Assembly (NCBI GenBank): GCA_964482185.1
Contig: CAYZWN010000001.1
Span: 1-63,773 of the forward strand
Direction of reading: 5' to 3'
DNA from: an uncultured Roseivirgaceae bacterium
Lineage (GTDB): Bacteria > Bacteroidota > Bacteroidia > Cytophagales > Cyclobacteriaceae
Length of the DNA: 63,773 nucleotides
The translations under genes were made by a program, and so were the position numbers. The notes under the pieces were generated by a model. That model made no database searches and was not told where the DNA came from. It was given only the letters and a program-made list of their open reading frames with translations. Positions within the stretch are counted from its first letter, which is position 1. The number at the start of each line of letters is the position of its first letter. Positions 18,742 to 28,662 of this stretch are shown one piece after another.

Positions 18742-19593
18742 CTATTCTGATCTATTTAAGATACTTTGCGAGACAATTTTATAGATATCCCTGTATTTGC
18801 TTTTGTCCAGAAATGCCAGATGCCTGTCGAGCGTTTCCAGGTCTCCTCTTGCAGCCGGACCTGTTTGTGCGGCGATCGGGCCGATGCTTAAACTCTTATT
18901 GATGGTTTCGGCGATGAGTGGCTGCAACAAATTTAACCTGAAACCCTTTGACGACAAGATATCTTCCGCTGCGGAAAGCATATAGTTAGTGAAATTGCAG
19001 GCAAACACGGCAGCCAGATGAATGACCATCCTGTCTTCGGAACTTATCACATGAACGGTTTTGGAAATGGAGGAGGCCATGCTTTTAAGCGCACTGAGCG
19101 TTTTCTTATTTTCACCCTCAATCAAAATTGGGACTCCTTCAAAGTCCACCTTTTTGGAGTTGCTGAATGTCTGGAGCGGATAAAAAGCGCCGATATTTTC
19201 AGTGCCTGTGAAGCCAAGCCTGCTTATGGGTTGACTTCCGGAAGTATGCGCAACAATAGCCTGCGGAGGTAGGACAATTTCTTTGGCAACTTCTTCAATG
19301 GCATCATCAGAAACGCAAAACATTACGATATCGGCCGAAGATTGCGAAAAATCCAGGGAATCATTGATGGCAGCCTGGTACAACATCTTCTGAAATTTTC
19401 TGGCGTTAAGATCATTTCTGCTGTAAATTTCCACAATGCAATGGCCGGCATTTTCGAGCTCCGGGCCGAGGTGCCAAGCCACATTGCCCGAACCTACGAT
19501 CGCTATATTAAAATATTCAGCCACAGTAAATTTTTTCGTATTCTTCAGGTTCGGTAAATATCTGCTTGCGCAGGATTTTTCCGGTGGCGTCAT
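18742..19593 (-). CDS. Rossmann-fold NAD(P)-binding protein, DUF2520 / ProC-like
   Basis: 283-aa ORF with IAIVGSGNVAWHLGPELENAGH. The ATG call overlaps the upstream gene by 77 nt. An in-frame GTG at 19524 (VAEYFNIAIVGSG) would cut the overlap to 8 nt. Confidence 0.7.
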   Translation of the reverse strand: MTPPEKSCASRYLPNLKNTKKFTVAEYFNIAIVGSGNVAWHLGPELENAGHCIVEIYSRNDLNARKFQKMLYQAAINDSLDFSQSSADIVMFCVSDDAIEEVAKEIVLPPQAIVAHTSGSQPISRLGFTGTENIGAFYPLQTFSNSKKVDFEGVPILIEGENKKTLSALKSMASSISKTVHVISSEDRMVIHLAAVFACNFTNYMLSAAEDILSSKGFRLNLLQPLIAETINKSLSIGPIAAQTGPAARGDLETLDRHLAFLDKSKYRDIYKIVSQSILNRSE

Positions 19594-22147
19594 AATAGAT
19601 CACCACGTAAAATTCAGCCTCGATTATATACTTCTCACAGAAATATACGGGCGTCTCTTGCGTGCCAAGATTAATGATATCATTGAAGGTTGGTCCGACC
19701 ACCAGGCCATGTTTATTACTCAGGATGCCGTTTTTACTTTCTTTGGTGATTAATAATATTTTCTCTCCGTCATCATGCCTCAATACCTTATACTCACTGA
19801 TTCCCTCATAAACATATTTTTTATTATGAATATCATAAAGTTTCCATTCACCATTTTCACTTACGAGCGCCACCGAATCGTTCCAATCCAGAATCTGATC
19901 GAAATGATAACCTGTCACTTCCTTATTGTCGAGATCCACCAATCCGAACGACGATCCCCTGGTGCCAATAAAGTATTTGTTCCCAAATGGCTTCAGCGCT
20001 TTCTGATACTTTGTGCTGAGAAACACATTTTTATCATGATGATATATGCCAAACTTACCATTAATCAGTGTACTCACGTAACCGTTTTCATAATTTCCAA
20101 TGGCGTTATAGTTCACTTTCAAAGCCATCTTACCATTACGGTGAATCAGGCCCTTTTTACCGGATCGCTCAACCAGGAGATATTCATGACCTAGCGCGGA
20201 CACGGCATTATATTTTCCGTCAAGTATGAGCGTTCCATAAATATTGTAAATCTTGAAAACGCTCTTATCTGTTTTCGTGAGCAGGTATTGTGATTCCCGG
20301 GCGTCTTCATCCATATCAATCGACGTTGGTCTCAACAATCTGGTATCCCTTGAATAAGAAATGTCTATAATACTGTCATTGGAGAAAATGGCATATACAT
20401 GCTTTTCCTGCATAATGATGCCTATTTGTTCACTGAGAAACCGCACCGAATCATATTCGAAATTTGTGGGGAACACAGACTCTGCATTGAAAATGCCCCA
20501 TTTACCATTGTACTTAAGCGCTGCCCTGGATTTATTGAAATCTACCAGGTCAAACTCGAGATCAGACATTGGATAAAATATCTGGTCATAGACCTTGTAC
20601 TTATTGTCTTTTTTTACCAGCCAGCCCCCGTAAAATTCATAAAAGTTTTGCTTATCGAGCGGTAAGCTTTCTTTGAGTTTCAGGTCCATCACAGATTCCA
20701 TATCATCTCTGAAAAGCAATAGCTGTCCCGCATAAATCAATTCGTAATCATCATAGCGGAACTCGGGTTTTGGCTTTATCAGGTTGGCAGCCCGGGCAAT
20801 ATTTTCAACATTTTGTATTGCGAACAAGCCATTGGACTTGAGTATCACAAACCTGCCCTCTGAAAATATATCATCATATTCCGCCGGCAGTAAATCCCGG
20901 TTGCAGAATGATTTCAGTCCCCATTTACCGTTGTATTTATATTTAATAAATGCATTGGCGACCAGGCCGGCATCCTGGAAGTTGAAATCGAGAATTTGAA
21001 AGCCGGATTTATGAATAACACCAGCGTATCCCTTACGCTCTACCTTCAGCAAACCACATCCAAGGTCTTGCACTCCGTCATACGCCCCCTTAAAGATTGG
21101 GGTACCCACACGGTTCACTATCAATTGCTCTCCATCCAGTTCTACCTCCAGAAAATCTTCCGCGATACTGCCGCAATTGTATGCTTCCCTTATTTTTGAA
21201 TAAGTAAAATCAATCAGCTTATCACCTGAAAGCTTCGAAAATCCATATTTGTCCATCTCGAAAATGGGCATCAGATGGCCAACCTCTGCCTCCACAATCC
21301 GCATCAATGAATCCTCGCTGGTCAGGATGTCAAATTTGTTCGAAAAACCCATGGCGGATGAATGCTGCTTGTAGGTATGATAGAGCATATTGAGGGCCTT
21401 TTTGCGCATTTTACTTTCCGGAAACCGCTCGATAAAAGTCATGTAACTGTCCAGGTCATTGTCGGCTGTTGAGATTTCAAATATGTTTCGTTCTGCATCA
21501 AGCCGGAATGGGGTGTTCGGGTTATCGCGCAGAAACCGCTCGTAGCTTTCCAGTTTCCTGTCATCGTTCATGGTCGCATAAAGCAGTTCCTCGTACTTTT
21601 CCTTCGCCTGATCGATCTGGACGGCAGCAGGATATTTGTAAATAAAATGCTGGAAGGCTTCATAGGTATTGCTTTCAACGGCATCCTGATAGGCAATTTC
21701 ATTTCTGAACATGACCGCGCTGTCTGATTGCGCTGCACCTGAAAATCTGGTTAAGAAATAATTATAGTCATCGATCGTATGTAATGCCTTTGCCCGGCGG
21801 AACGCATGGCGCTCCACCTCCAACTTTTGGTTTTCAAGTACAGATGAATTGATTCCGATTTTACTGAGCTTGTCTATTTGTTTTACATCCATCAAAGTAT
21901 AATCTCTGACTGAGCGGTTGATGAAATGATAAGATGTATCAATGTTGTAATTGCGATATTTGGGTGTGAGATAAAGTAAAGAATACACATACTTTGCCTC
22001 GGGATTTATACTGTCTTTAGCTACCGATTTTGTGAGTTGCTCCGAGAGTTTATCGTATTCTTCCTTTTCCAGAAGTTTGAGGGCCTTTTTACTTTGCGCC
22101 GACACCTGCATGGAAAAAGAAAAAATCGCAAGAATCAGCATCGACAT
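19517..22147 (-). CDS. Large exported WG-repeat protein, hypothetical
   Basis: The ORF runs up to 22198. The likely start is MSMLILAIFSFSMQVSAQ (22147). Repeated ...NGKWG(L/I)... modules (YNGKWGLKS, YNGKWGIFN, INGKFGIYH, ENGEWKLYD) follow a helical N-terminal region. Confidence 0.7.
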   Translation of the reverse strand: MSMLILAIFSFSMQVSAQSKKALKLLEKEEYDKLSEQLTKSVAKDSINPEAKYVYSLLYLTPKYRNYNIDTSYHFINRSVRDYTLMDVKQIDKLSKIGINSSVLENQKLEVERHAFRRAKALHTIDDYNYFLTRFSGAAQSDSAVMFRNEIAYQDAVESNTYEAFQHFIYKYPAAVQIDQAKEKYEELLYATMNDDRKLESYERFLRDNPNTPFRLDAERNIFEISTADNDLDSYMTFIERFPESKMRKKALNMLYHTYKQHSSAMGFSNKFDILTSEDSLMRIVEAEVGHLMPIFEMDKYGFSKLSGDKLIDFTYSKIREAYNCGSIAEDFLEVELDGEQLIVNRVGTPIFKGAYDGVQDLGCGLLKVERKGYAGVIHKSGFQILDFNFQDAGLVANAFIKYKYNGKWGLKSFCNRDLLPAEYDDIFSEGRFVILKSNGLFAIQNVENIARAANLIKPKPEFRYDDYELIYAGQLLLFRDDMESVMDLKLKESLPLDKQNFYEFYGGWLVKKDNKYKVYDQIFYPMSDLEFDLVDFNKSRAALKYNGKWGIFNAESVFPTNFEYDSVRFLSEQIGIIMQEKHVYAIFSNDSIIDISYSRDTRLLRPTSIDMDEDARESQYLLTKTDKSVFKIYNIYGTLILDGKYNAVSALGHEYLLVERSGKKGLIHRNGKMALKVNYNAIGNYENGYVSTLINGKFGIYHHDKNVFLSTKYQKALKPFGNKYFIGTRGSSFGLVDLDNKEVTGYHFDQILDWNDSVALVSENGEWKLYDIHNKKYVYEGISEYKVLRHDDGEKILLITKESKNGILSNKHGLVVGPTFNDIINLGTQETPVYFCEKYIIEAEFYVVIYYDATGKILRKQIFTEPEEYEKIYCG

Positions 22148-22363
22148 ACGGATGCCTGAAAAATTAAGATGATACGAGCGCGCTGCAGCCAAAGCCATAA
22201 AAATTTGTAGTCAATCAGTATAACGCAAAAATAATAAAAAGCCGGATGTACACCTGAAATTAAAAAGCAGACTCCCTTCAAATATTACAAACCAGAAGTA
22301 TATTGAGCCTATTCCCGGGTAGTCAATTGGATTATTTAAATGGTACTATTAATAAACTCCCGA

Positions 22364-23740
22364 ATGAACGCCCTTATAAAACCAACAATTTTCGCGATCC
22401 TGTCCATGATATTCTTATATGGCGGATGCCTAAACTCGAGTAAAAAAGCTATAAAACCAAACATTATCCTTATTCTCATTGATGACCTGGGCTATGGAGA
22501 TTTGGCATGTTACGGAAGCAAAACAAACCTGACACCCAATATCGACCTTCTGGCTGCGGAGGGCATCATATTTACGGATTTGCATTCTAACGGCCCGATG
22601 TGTACGCCCACCCGGGCTGCCCTGCTGAGTGGTATGTATCAAAACCGGCTCGGTTCAAAATTCGAGGGCCCGTTGAGTGGCAAAACTCAGTATGATGAAG
22701 GATTGCCACTGGAGGTTACAACCATTGCTGAAGTATTGAAGGAAGCAGGCTACACCACCGGCATGTTTGGCAAATGGCATCTTGGATACAAGCCGCCATT
22801 TTTGCCTGAAAACCAGGGTTTTGACGAATTCCGTGGTCTTGGAGCAGGCGATGGCGACCACCATTCGCACATTGATCGCTGGGGAAGGGAAGACTGGTGG
22901 CACAATGGTCAAATATCTATGGAAACGGGATATAGCGTTGATCTGATAACAGACCACAGCATCGATTTTATTGAGCGAAATCACACCAAGCCTTTCTTTC
23001 TATACGTAGCGCATCTGGCCATTCATTTTCCCTGGCAAGGGCCGAACGATCCTGCACAAAGGATAAAGGGAGTTGATTACGAGAATGATAAATGGGGTAT
23101 CATTCCAGACAGAAATAATGTTCGACCGCACGTGCAAGCCATGGTCGAATCTGTGGACCAGGGTACCGGAAACATCATCGCAACGCTGAAAGAATTGGGC
23201 ATTGAAGACAATACCCTTGTCATATTCACATCGGACAATGGCGGTTATATTCATTACAATCATGAATTTCATAATATTTCCAGCAATGGCATGTTTCGCG
23301 GACAAAAAACAGAAGTGTATGAAGGCGGTCACCGCGTACCATTTATTGCCTGGTGGCCGGGAAAAATCGAAGGTGGCAAAGTAATCAACCAGACCGCGAT
23401 GACGATGGATTTATTTTCAACATTTGCACATCTTGCCGGAGCGGACATGCCTTCCGGGCAACCAAACGATGGGCTGGATTTGTCACCGGTTCTTTTTGAA
23501 AACAATGCCCTGCCGGAGCGGACGCTCTTCTGGAAAATGGACGATGAAATCGCTGTCAGAAAAGGTGACTGGAAGCTGGTTAAAATCTCTGAAAACACGG
23601 CAGAACTTTACAATCTTGCTGATGATCCTTCTGAAAAGGTAAACCTTGCCGATACACTGCCTGATGTGGTCACAAGTCTTTTGAAGGAATATAACCAATG
23701 GAAAGAAGAAATGGATACTTCGGCAGCTCAATGGGAATAA
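22364..23740 (+). CDS. Arylsulfatase (formylglycine-dependent sulfatase family), lipoprotein
   Basis: The ORF track starts at 22340. The likely start is MNALIKPTIF...LYGGCLNS (lipobox). Sulfatase signature LIDDLGYGDLACYGS and Cys-type FGly motif MCTPTRAALLSG are present, plus GKWHLG and FTSDNGG. Confidence 0.9.
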   Translation: MNALIKPTIFAILSMIFLYGGCLNSSKKAIKPNIILILIDDLGYGDLACYGSKTNLTPNIDLLAAEGIIFTDLHSNGPMCTPTRAALLSGMYQNRLGSKFEGPLSGKTQYDEGLPLEVTTIAEVLKEAGYTTGMFGKWHLGYKPPFLPENQGFDEFRGLGAGDGDHHSHIDRWGREDWWHNGQISMETGYSVDLITDHSIDFIERNHTKPFFLYVAHLAIHFPWQGPNDPAQRIKGVDYENDKWGIIPDRNNVRPHVQAMVESVDQGTGNIIATLKELGIEDNTLVIFTSDNGGYIHYNHEFHNISSNGMFRGQKTEVYEGGHRVPFIAWWPGKIEGGKVINQTAMTMDLFSTFAHLAGADMPSGQPNDGLDLSPVLFENNALPERTLFWKMDDEIAVRKGDWKLVKISENTAELYNLADDPSEKVNLADTLPDVVTSLLKEYNQWKEEMDTSAAQWE

Positions 23741-23775
23741 TAAAATGCCTTTCCCACCTAAGGTATAAAAAGGCC

Positions 23776-23797
23776 AAAACCACAGGCTGGTTTTTTT
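23776..23797. terminator. Weak hairpin plus T-run between the convergent sulfatase and DUF1080 genes
   Basis: AAAACCA (23776-82) / TGGTTTT (23788-94) with a 5-nt loop, then TTTATA. The stem is AT-rich, so this is tentative. Confidence 0.35.
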
Positions 23798-23801
23798 ATA
23801 A

Positions 23802-24404
23802 TTACAACTCCTCAATCACCAGGTTGCGCCATTTTACTTTGATACCGCCACCGTCGTGAATCTGTAAGGCAATGGAGCCATTAGCCTGCCCAATCTTTTC
23901 GTCCGTCAGCGTGATCATTTCCACGCCATTGATCCAGGTGGTCACCTTACCACCAACCACGCGAATTTTCATTTTATTCCAGGCGTCATCAATCTGTGCC
24001 TTGTCTTTTTCCTTCTCCGGTTTGATCAGCCAGCCTCTACCGTACGATTCATAGATGCCCCCGGTTTCGCCGCCCTTGGGTTCAACTTCGGCCTGCCAGC
24101 CGGTAATTTTTGTGCCTTCAATAGTTGATCGGAAAAAAACGCCGCTGTTGCCATTGGCAAGCAGAAAAAACTCCAGTTCAAGTTCAAAATCCTTGTACCA
24201 TTTTTCGGTCGCCAGATATCCATATCCTTTGTCTGGTCCGCTTTCGCAAATCAGCTCTCCATTCTCTACATACCACTTTTCAGTGCCGTAAATCTTCCAG
24301 CCATCGAGATTTTTGCCGTTGAAAATGGGCGTTTTCTGTGCGTTGGCCTCCAGAAATAAAAAGACAATCATAACTAGTGTCAGGGTACTTGTAATCTTCT
24401 TCAT
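23802..24404 (-). CDS. DUF1080 (3-keto-disaccharide hydrolase-like) domain protein, exported
   Basis: 200-aa ORF with a Sec signal. It shows the DUF1080 pattern: FNGKNLDGWKIYG, WYVENGEL, DFELELEF, NSGVFFRS, ALQIHDGG, WRNLVI. Confidence 0.8.
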   Translation of the reverse strand: MKKITSTLTLVMIVFLFLEANAQKTPIFNGKNLDGWKIYGTEKWYVENGELICESGPDKGYGYLATEKWYKDFELELEFFLLANGNSGVFFRSTIEGTKITGWQAEVEPKGGETGGIYESYGRGWLIKPEKEKDKAQIDDAWNKMKIRVVGGKVTTWINGVEMITLTDEKIGQANGSIALQIHDGGGIKVKWRNLVIEEL

Positions 24405-24589
24405 TTTTAAGGAATTTATCGGCTAAAGATAATTGACCGGTATTTAATCACAAACAATTTCTCAGAATAGAAAAAAACCATCCCGGATTGGTTTTTAAAA
24501 ATAATTGAACAACGCATTCAGAAAGTTGTTAGGGATTTTCAAACAGATACCTCTAACTTTCTTTTTTTTCATATTTCTCCAATAATAAA

Positions 24590-26137
24590 ATGTTGCATCC
24601 AATGAATAAACCCGACAACCACATCCTGGTCATATTTGGCGCCTCCGGCGATTTGGCATATCGCAAACTTTTACCTGCCCTATTCGATCTTTTTGTCCAG
24701 GACCTGCTGCCAGAAAAGTTTGCCGTACTCGGCGTGAGCCGCACCGAAATCAGCGATGAAGCTTTCCGTGAAAAAATGAAGGAAGGTATTGAGAAGTTTG
24801 CAAACCTGGGTGAGAAAAGTAAGGATGATATTTCGGCATTACTGCCAGCGCTCTATTATCAGGCGATCGATACCTTCAATGTTGAAGATTATGATAAGCT
24901 GAAAAATCGCCTGGAATCCATGGACAAGGACCTCGGAACAGGTGGCAATTATCTCTATTATCTTTCCACGCCTCCCAACCTGTATCCGGTCATTCCTAAG
25001 AACCTGGCCGCGCATAAGCTAAACGTACAGAGCAAAACCCAGGGCTGGAAGCGGATTATTATTGAAAAGCCATTCGGCTATGATCTGGAATCCGGGAAAT
25101 CATTGAACAAAGACCTGCTCAATCATTTTTCAGAAGATCAGCTCTATCGGATTGATCATTATCTCGGCAAGGAAACCGTGCAGAACCTACTCGTCACGCG
25201 ATTTGCAAATGGCATTTTCGAACCACTCTGGAACCGAAACTATGTACATCACGTCGAGATTACCACCTCGGAAAGCATTGGTGTGGAAGGCCGGGGCGGA
25301 TACTATGATGGCTCCGGTGCCCTGCGCGATATGGTGCAAAACCATCTGCTACAGGTTGCGGCGCTTGTGGCCATGGAACCGCCCACCACAATCGGTGCTA
25401 CCTCGATCAGGAATGAGACATTAAAGGTGTTCCAGTCGCTCAGGCCGCTCAATGATCACGATGTGCGGCACCATGTGATCAGGGGGCAATATACCGCTGC
25501 AACAATTCGCGGAAAGGCTATGCCGGGCTATCGCGAAGAAAAAGGCGTACCATCCGATAGCCGTACTGAGACTTACGTGGCCATGAAGTTTTTTATCGAC
25601 AACTGGCGCTGGGGAGGTGTGCCGTTTTACATCCGAACCGGAAAGGCCCTGCCGACCAGGGTGAGTGAGATTGTCATGCACTTCAAGCCGACTCCGCATT
25701 CTTTGTTCGTACAAAACAAGGACTTCTGCAACACAGGAAATATTCTCGTCATTCGCATACAGCCAGACGAAGGCATTTTGCTGAAATTTGGAATGAAAAT
25801 ACCGGGGGCAGGTTTTGAAGTCAAAAATGTGAATATGGATTTTCACTATTCCGATTTGCAGGAAACCTATGTGCCAAGTGCATACGAGCGCTTGTTGCTC
25901 GATGCCATGCTTGGAGATGCAACCCTCTACGCCCGGGGTGATGCTGTCGAGGCGGCATGGGAATTTGTGCAACCTGTGCTCGACTACTGGAAACAAGACC
26001 CTGATGCCACATTGTACGGTTACCCGGCAGGCACCTGGGGGCCGGATGTGGCAGATTCCATAATTACCGAACCGGAAATCACCTGGCGTTACCCATGCCG
26101 CAACCTGGCTGAGGACGGTGTTTATTGCGAGTTATGA
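24590..26137 (+). CDS. zwf: Glucose-6-phosphate 1-dehydrogenase
   Basis: 515-aa ORF with VIFGASGDLAYRKLLPAL, EKPFG and the catalytic signature RIDHYLGKE. Confidence 0.95.
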   Translation: MLHPMNKPDNHILVIFGASGDLAYRKLLPALFDLFVQDLLPEKFAVLGVSRTEISDEAFREKMKEGIEKFANLGEKSKDDISALLPALYYQAIDTFNVEDYDKLKNRLESMDKDLGTGGNYLYYLSTPPNLYPVIPKNLAAHKLNVQSKTQGWKRIIIEKPFGYDLESGKSLNKDLLNHFSEDQLYRIDHYLGKETVQNLLVTRFANGIFEPLWNRNYVHHVEITTSESIGVEGRGGYYDGSGALRDMVQNHLLQVAALVAMEPPTTIGATSIRNETLKVFQSLRPLNDHDVRHHVIRGQYTAATIRGKAMPGYREEKGVPSDSRTETYVAMKFFIDNWRWGGVPFYIRTGKALPTRVSEIVMHFKPTPHSLFVQNKDFCNTGNILVIRIQPDEGILLKFGMKIPGAGFEVKNVNMDFHYSDLQETYVPSAYERLLLDAMLGDATLYARGDAVEAAWEFVQPVLDYWKQDPDATLYGYPAGTWGPDVADSIITEPEITWRYPCRNLAEDGVYCEL

Positions 26138-26156
26138 AACCAGATCTTTGTGATAG

Positions 26157-26286
26157 GATAAAAATCTCAAACCTCAATTTTCAAAACCCAGATAAATCTC
26201 AAAAGACAATCATCAAGCTTCAAAACTTCCCTTGCCATTTAATACAGCATGGTTATTGAGATTTTTAACATTGGGATTTATTTGAT
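26157..26286. repeat. Four copies of an A(T/A)AAATC(T/C)CAA motif, two direct then two inverted, between convergent genes
   Basis: GATAAAAATCTCAAA (26157-71) and GATAAATCTCAAAA (26191-204) are direct copies. TTGAGATTTTTAAC (26256-69) and TTGGGATTTATTTGAT (26271-86) are inverted copies. Confidence 0.5.
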
Positions 26287-26308
26287 ATTTGTCTATTTTT
26301 TTTGGTGC

Positions 26309-27244
26309 TTACTGAAACGCCGCTCTCAGCATCTCAACACTGCGTCGGACCCCTTCATCAGCCGGGTCTTTCCCTTCAAACTCCAGGGAGACATATCCTT
26401 TGTAGTTGTGCGCACTGAGGATGGATGCAATGCGCTTATAATCCAGATCGAGGGTGTACCATTCGCCTCCGCCATAATAGGTCTTGGCCTGAACGAAAAC
26501 GGTTTTGGGTGCGATCATTTCCAGCTTTTCGTATGGATTTTCAAGAAAATTACCGGTGTCCATCAGGATGCCAAGCCAGGGCGAATTGATTGTGTCATGG
26601 ATGCGCAGCAGTCCCTCGGGAGTGCGGGTGAGCCCCCAGTGATTTTCCAGCGCGAGCAGTACACCGCATTCCTGGGCTTTTGGCAAACATTTTTCAATGC
26701 TGTCGATGCACCATTGAAAACCGTGATCTTCCGTATATCCATCCAACACCGGCTCCTCGCCTTTGGCGGCCATCAGGTCATCAAACGATTTGATGGTATT
26801 CCAGCGGCCGGAATTCAGGCGGATACTTGGTATGCCCATCTTGTAAGCCAGTTCGATGCACTTGAGTGTATGGTCGATATGCTGCTGCCTGACATTTTCG
26901 TCCGGATCCACAAAGTCCTGGTGAATCGATAAACTGATCAGATCAATGCCATGGATGAATGCATGTTTTTTAAGCCGCTGCAAGTAGCCGTTTTCCTCGC
27001 TTTCCATCTGCCGGTGCAGAATGTCCACTCCTTCGATACCGAGCGCTGGAGCTTTTTCGATGATGGTGCCAATACTTACTTTCGGGGGCCTGAAATGCCA
27101 GTAAGAATAGGTGGAAACACCAAGTTTTATCCTTGGGCCACTTGAGCCATTTTCCGTTTGCCTTGCAAAACCTGTTGCAGATAAACCAAGCGCCGGTAAG
27201 GCAATCAGGCCTTTTTTGAATAAATCTCTTCTCGTAGTTTTCAT
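26309..27244 (-). CDS. Xylose-isomerase-like TIM-barrel protein (sugar phosphate isomerase/epimerase family) with Tat signal
   Basis: 311-aa ORF. N-terminal TRRDLFKKGLIALPALG is Tat-like. TIM-barrel blocks LALENHWG and GILMDTGN are present. Confidence 0.8.
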   Translation of the reverse strand: MKTTRRDLFKKGLIALPALGLSATGFARQTENGSSGPRIKLGVSTYSYWHFRPPKVSIGTIIEKAPALGIEGVDILHRQMESEENGYLQRLKKHAFIHGIDLISLSIHQDFVDPDENVRQQHIDHTLKCIELAYKMGIPSIRLNSGRWNTIKSFDDLMAAKGEEPVLDGYTEDHGFQWCIDSIEKCLPKAQECGVLLALENHWGLTRTPEGLLRIHDTINSPWLGILMDTGNFLENPYEKLEMIAPKTVFVQAKTYYGGGEWYTLDLDYKRIASILSAHNYKGYVSLEFEGKDPADEGVRRSVEMLRAAFQ

Positions 27245-27654
27245 TGTTCCAATAGTTCAATTGCACTTTGAATAGCCGCGTTGGTCACTTGGCCAACTTT
27301 TTCTATTTTCTCTTTTTGAGCATTGAGGTATTTCATGATCTCCTCTTGTGTGCCCTTACTAAAATCCCTGTCAAATTCACGCATCCAGCCCATCATTCCA
27401 TCGTGTGCATTGTCGAGCCCGGCAATGGCCTCATTGATCGCAGCAATTTGGGCGCTGTCAACTTCGGCAGATAACAATTCAGCCTTTTGCCTGAGCTGTT
27501 TTTTATATTTCATGATGTCGCCCATTTTAGGCATGATTTCATCATGAACAGCCATAACCTGGTCATAAAGCATATCTGTGGCCTCTTTCGTTTTTTCACC
27601 GCATGAGTAGATAAGTAAAAATGCTAAAACAATAATTGAAAGGATTTTTTTCAT
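27241..27654 (-). CDS. Helical lipoprotein, hypothetical
   Basis: The ORF runs up to 27681. The likely start is MKKILSIIVLAFLLIYSCGEK (lipobox). There is a 4-nt overlap with the downstream TIM-barrel gene. Confidence 0.6.
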   Translation of the reverse strand: MKKILSIIVLAFLLIYSCGEKTKEATDMLYDQVMAVHDEIMPKMGDIMKYKKQLRQKAELLSAEVDSAQIAAINEAIAGLDNAHDGMMGWMREFDRDFSKGTQEEIMKYLNAQKEKIEKVGQVTNAAIQSAIELLEQ

Positions 27655-27692
27655 GATGGAATTATTATGGATTTTAAACAATATTTACAATT

Positions 27693-28502
27693 TCATTCCC
27701 AAAGTTTGTACTCTGTAAGCTGGACAAGTTCTCCGAAAAACAATTTAGTCAATTCCTCAAAAGATTTGGTATAATCCGACACCATAAATTCATATGTTGC
27801 TTCACTTTTGTGGTTGATCAGTAAATTGTAATCAAGATATGCCTTGAGTGAAGCCGCCACAATCTCTGACGAATCAATGATCTCCACATCCTGATGATAA
27901 TAGTTGGCGATTTGATCCCTGATCAGCGGATAATGCGTGCAACCCAGGATAAGCGCTTCGATGCCCCCGAGTTCCGGTCTTTTCAGGTATTGATTGACAA
28001 TATCCTGGCTGATATCGCCGCTCAGAAAACCCTCCTCGATCATCGGGACGAGCAGTGGTGTGGCAAGCGATTGCAATTTTAAATCATTTCCCAGCGCCTC
28101 TATTTTATGCTTATACACATTAGAACTCACCGTCTGTTTGGTACCGATGAGTCCGATGCCGGCATTATGGTATTTTTCCCTGATGTAGTTGACGGCCGGT
28201 TCGATCACGTTGAAAACTTTCGCGCGTTTGCCGACATATTCCTTCACCAGATCCGTAGCCGCCGCGCTGGCCGAATTGCAGGCGATGAGGATTACCTTGC
28301 ATTTGCGTTGCAGAAAAATATCACAGATTTTGATCGAGTAGGCCTGAATGGCAGCAGTTGATTTATCGCCATAGGGCAAATGGGCGGTATCGCCAAAATA
28401 AATCAGGCTCTCCCCGGGAAGCACATTCTTTACAGCCCTCGCCACCGTAAGACCGCCTATGCCACTATCAAAAATACCGATCAGATCAGATGCTCTGGAC
28501 AT
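27693..28502 (-). CDS. murI: Glutamate racemase
   Basis: 269-aa ORF: IGIFDSGIGGLTV, YFGDTAHLPYG, IACNSASA, LGCTHYP. Confidence 0.93.
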   Translation of the reverse strand: MSRASDLIGIFDSGIGGLTVARAVKNVLPGESLIYFGDTAHLPYGDKSTAAIQAYSIKICDIFLQRKCKVILIACNSASAAATDLVKEYVGKRAKVFNVIEPAVNYIREKYHNAGIGLIGTKQTVSSNVYKHKIEALGNDLKLQSLATPLLVPMIEEGFLSGDISQDIVNQYLKRPELGGIEALILGCTHYPLIRDQIANYYHQDVEIIDSSEIVAASLKAYLDYNLLINHKSEATYEFMVSDYTKSFEELTKLFFGELVQLTEYKLWE

Positions 28503-28662
28503 ATTTTAAATAAAAAACTCCACACACAAAGTTGAATGCGGCGTTTAAAATTAGATATTATTCCTTTATGTACGAATACCTCCGCGATTTTTACCCGAAT
28601 TTCAATCCTGAGAAGTATTTCTTTATCACCAGAACAGTAATGTTCCTGATTTTTTCAAAATT

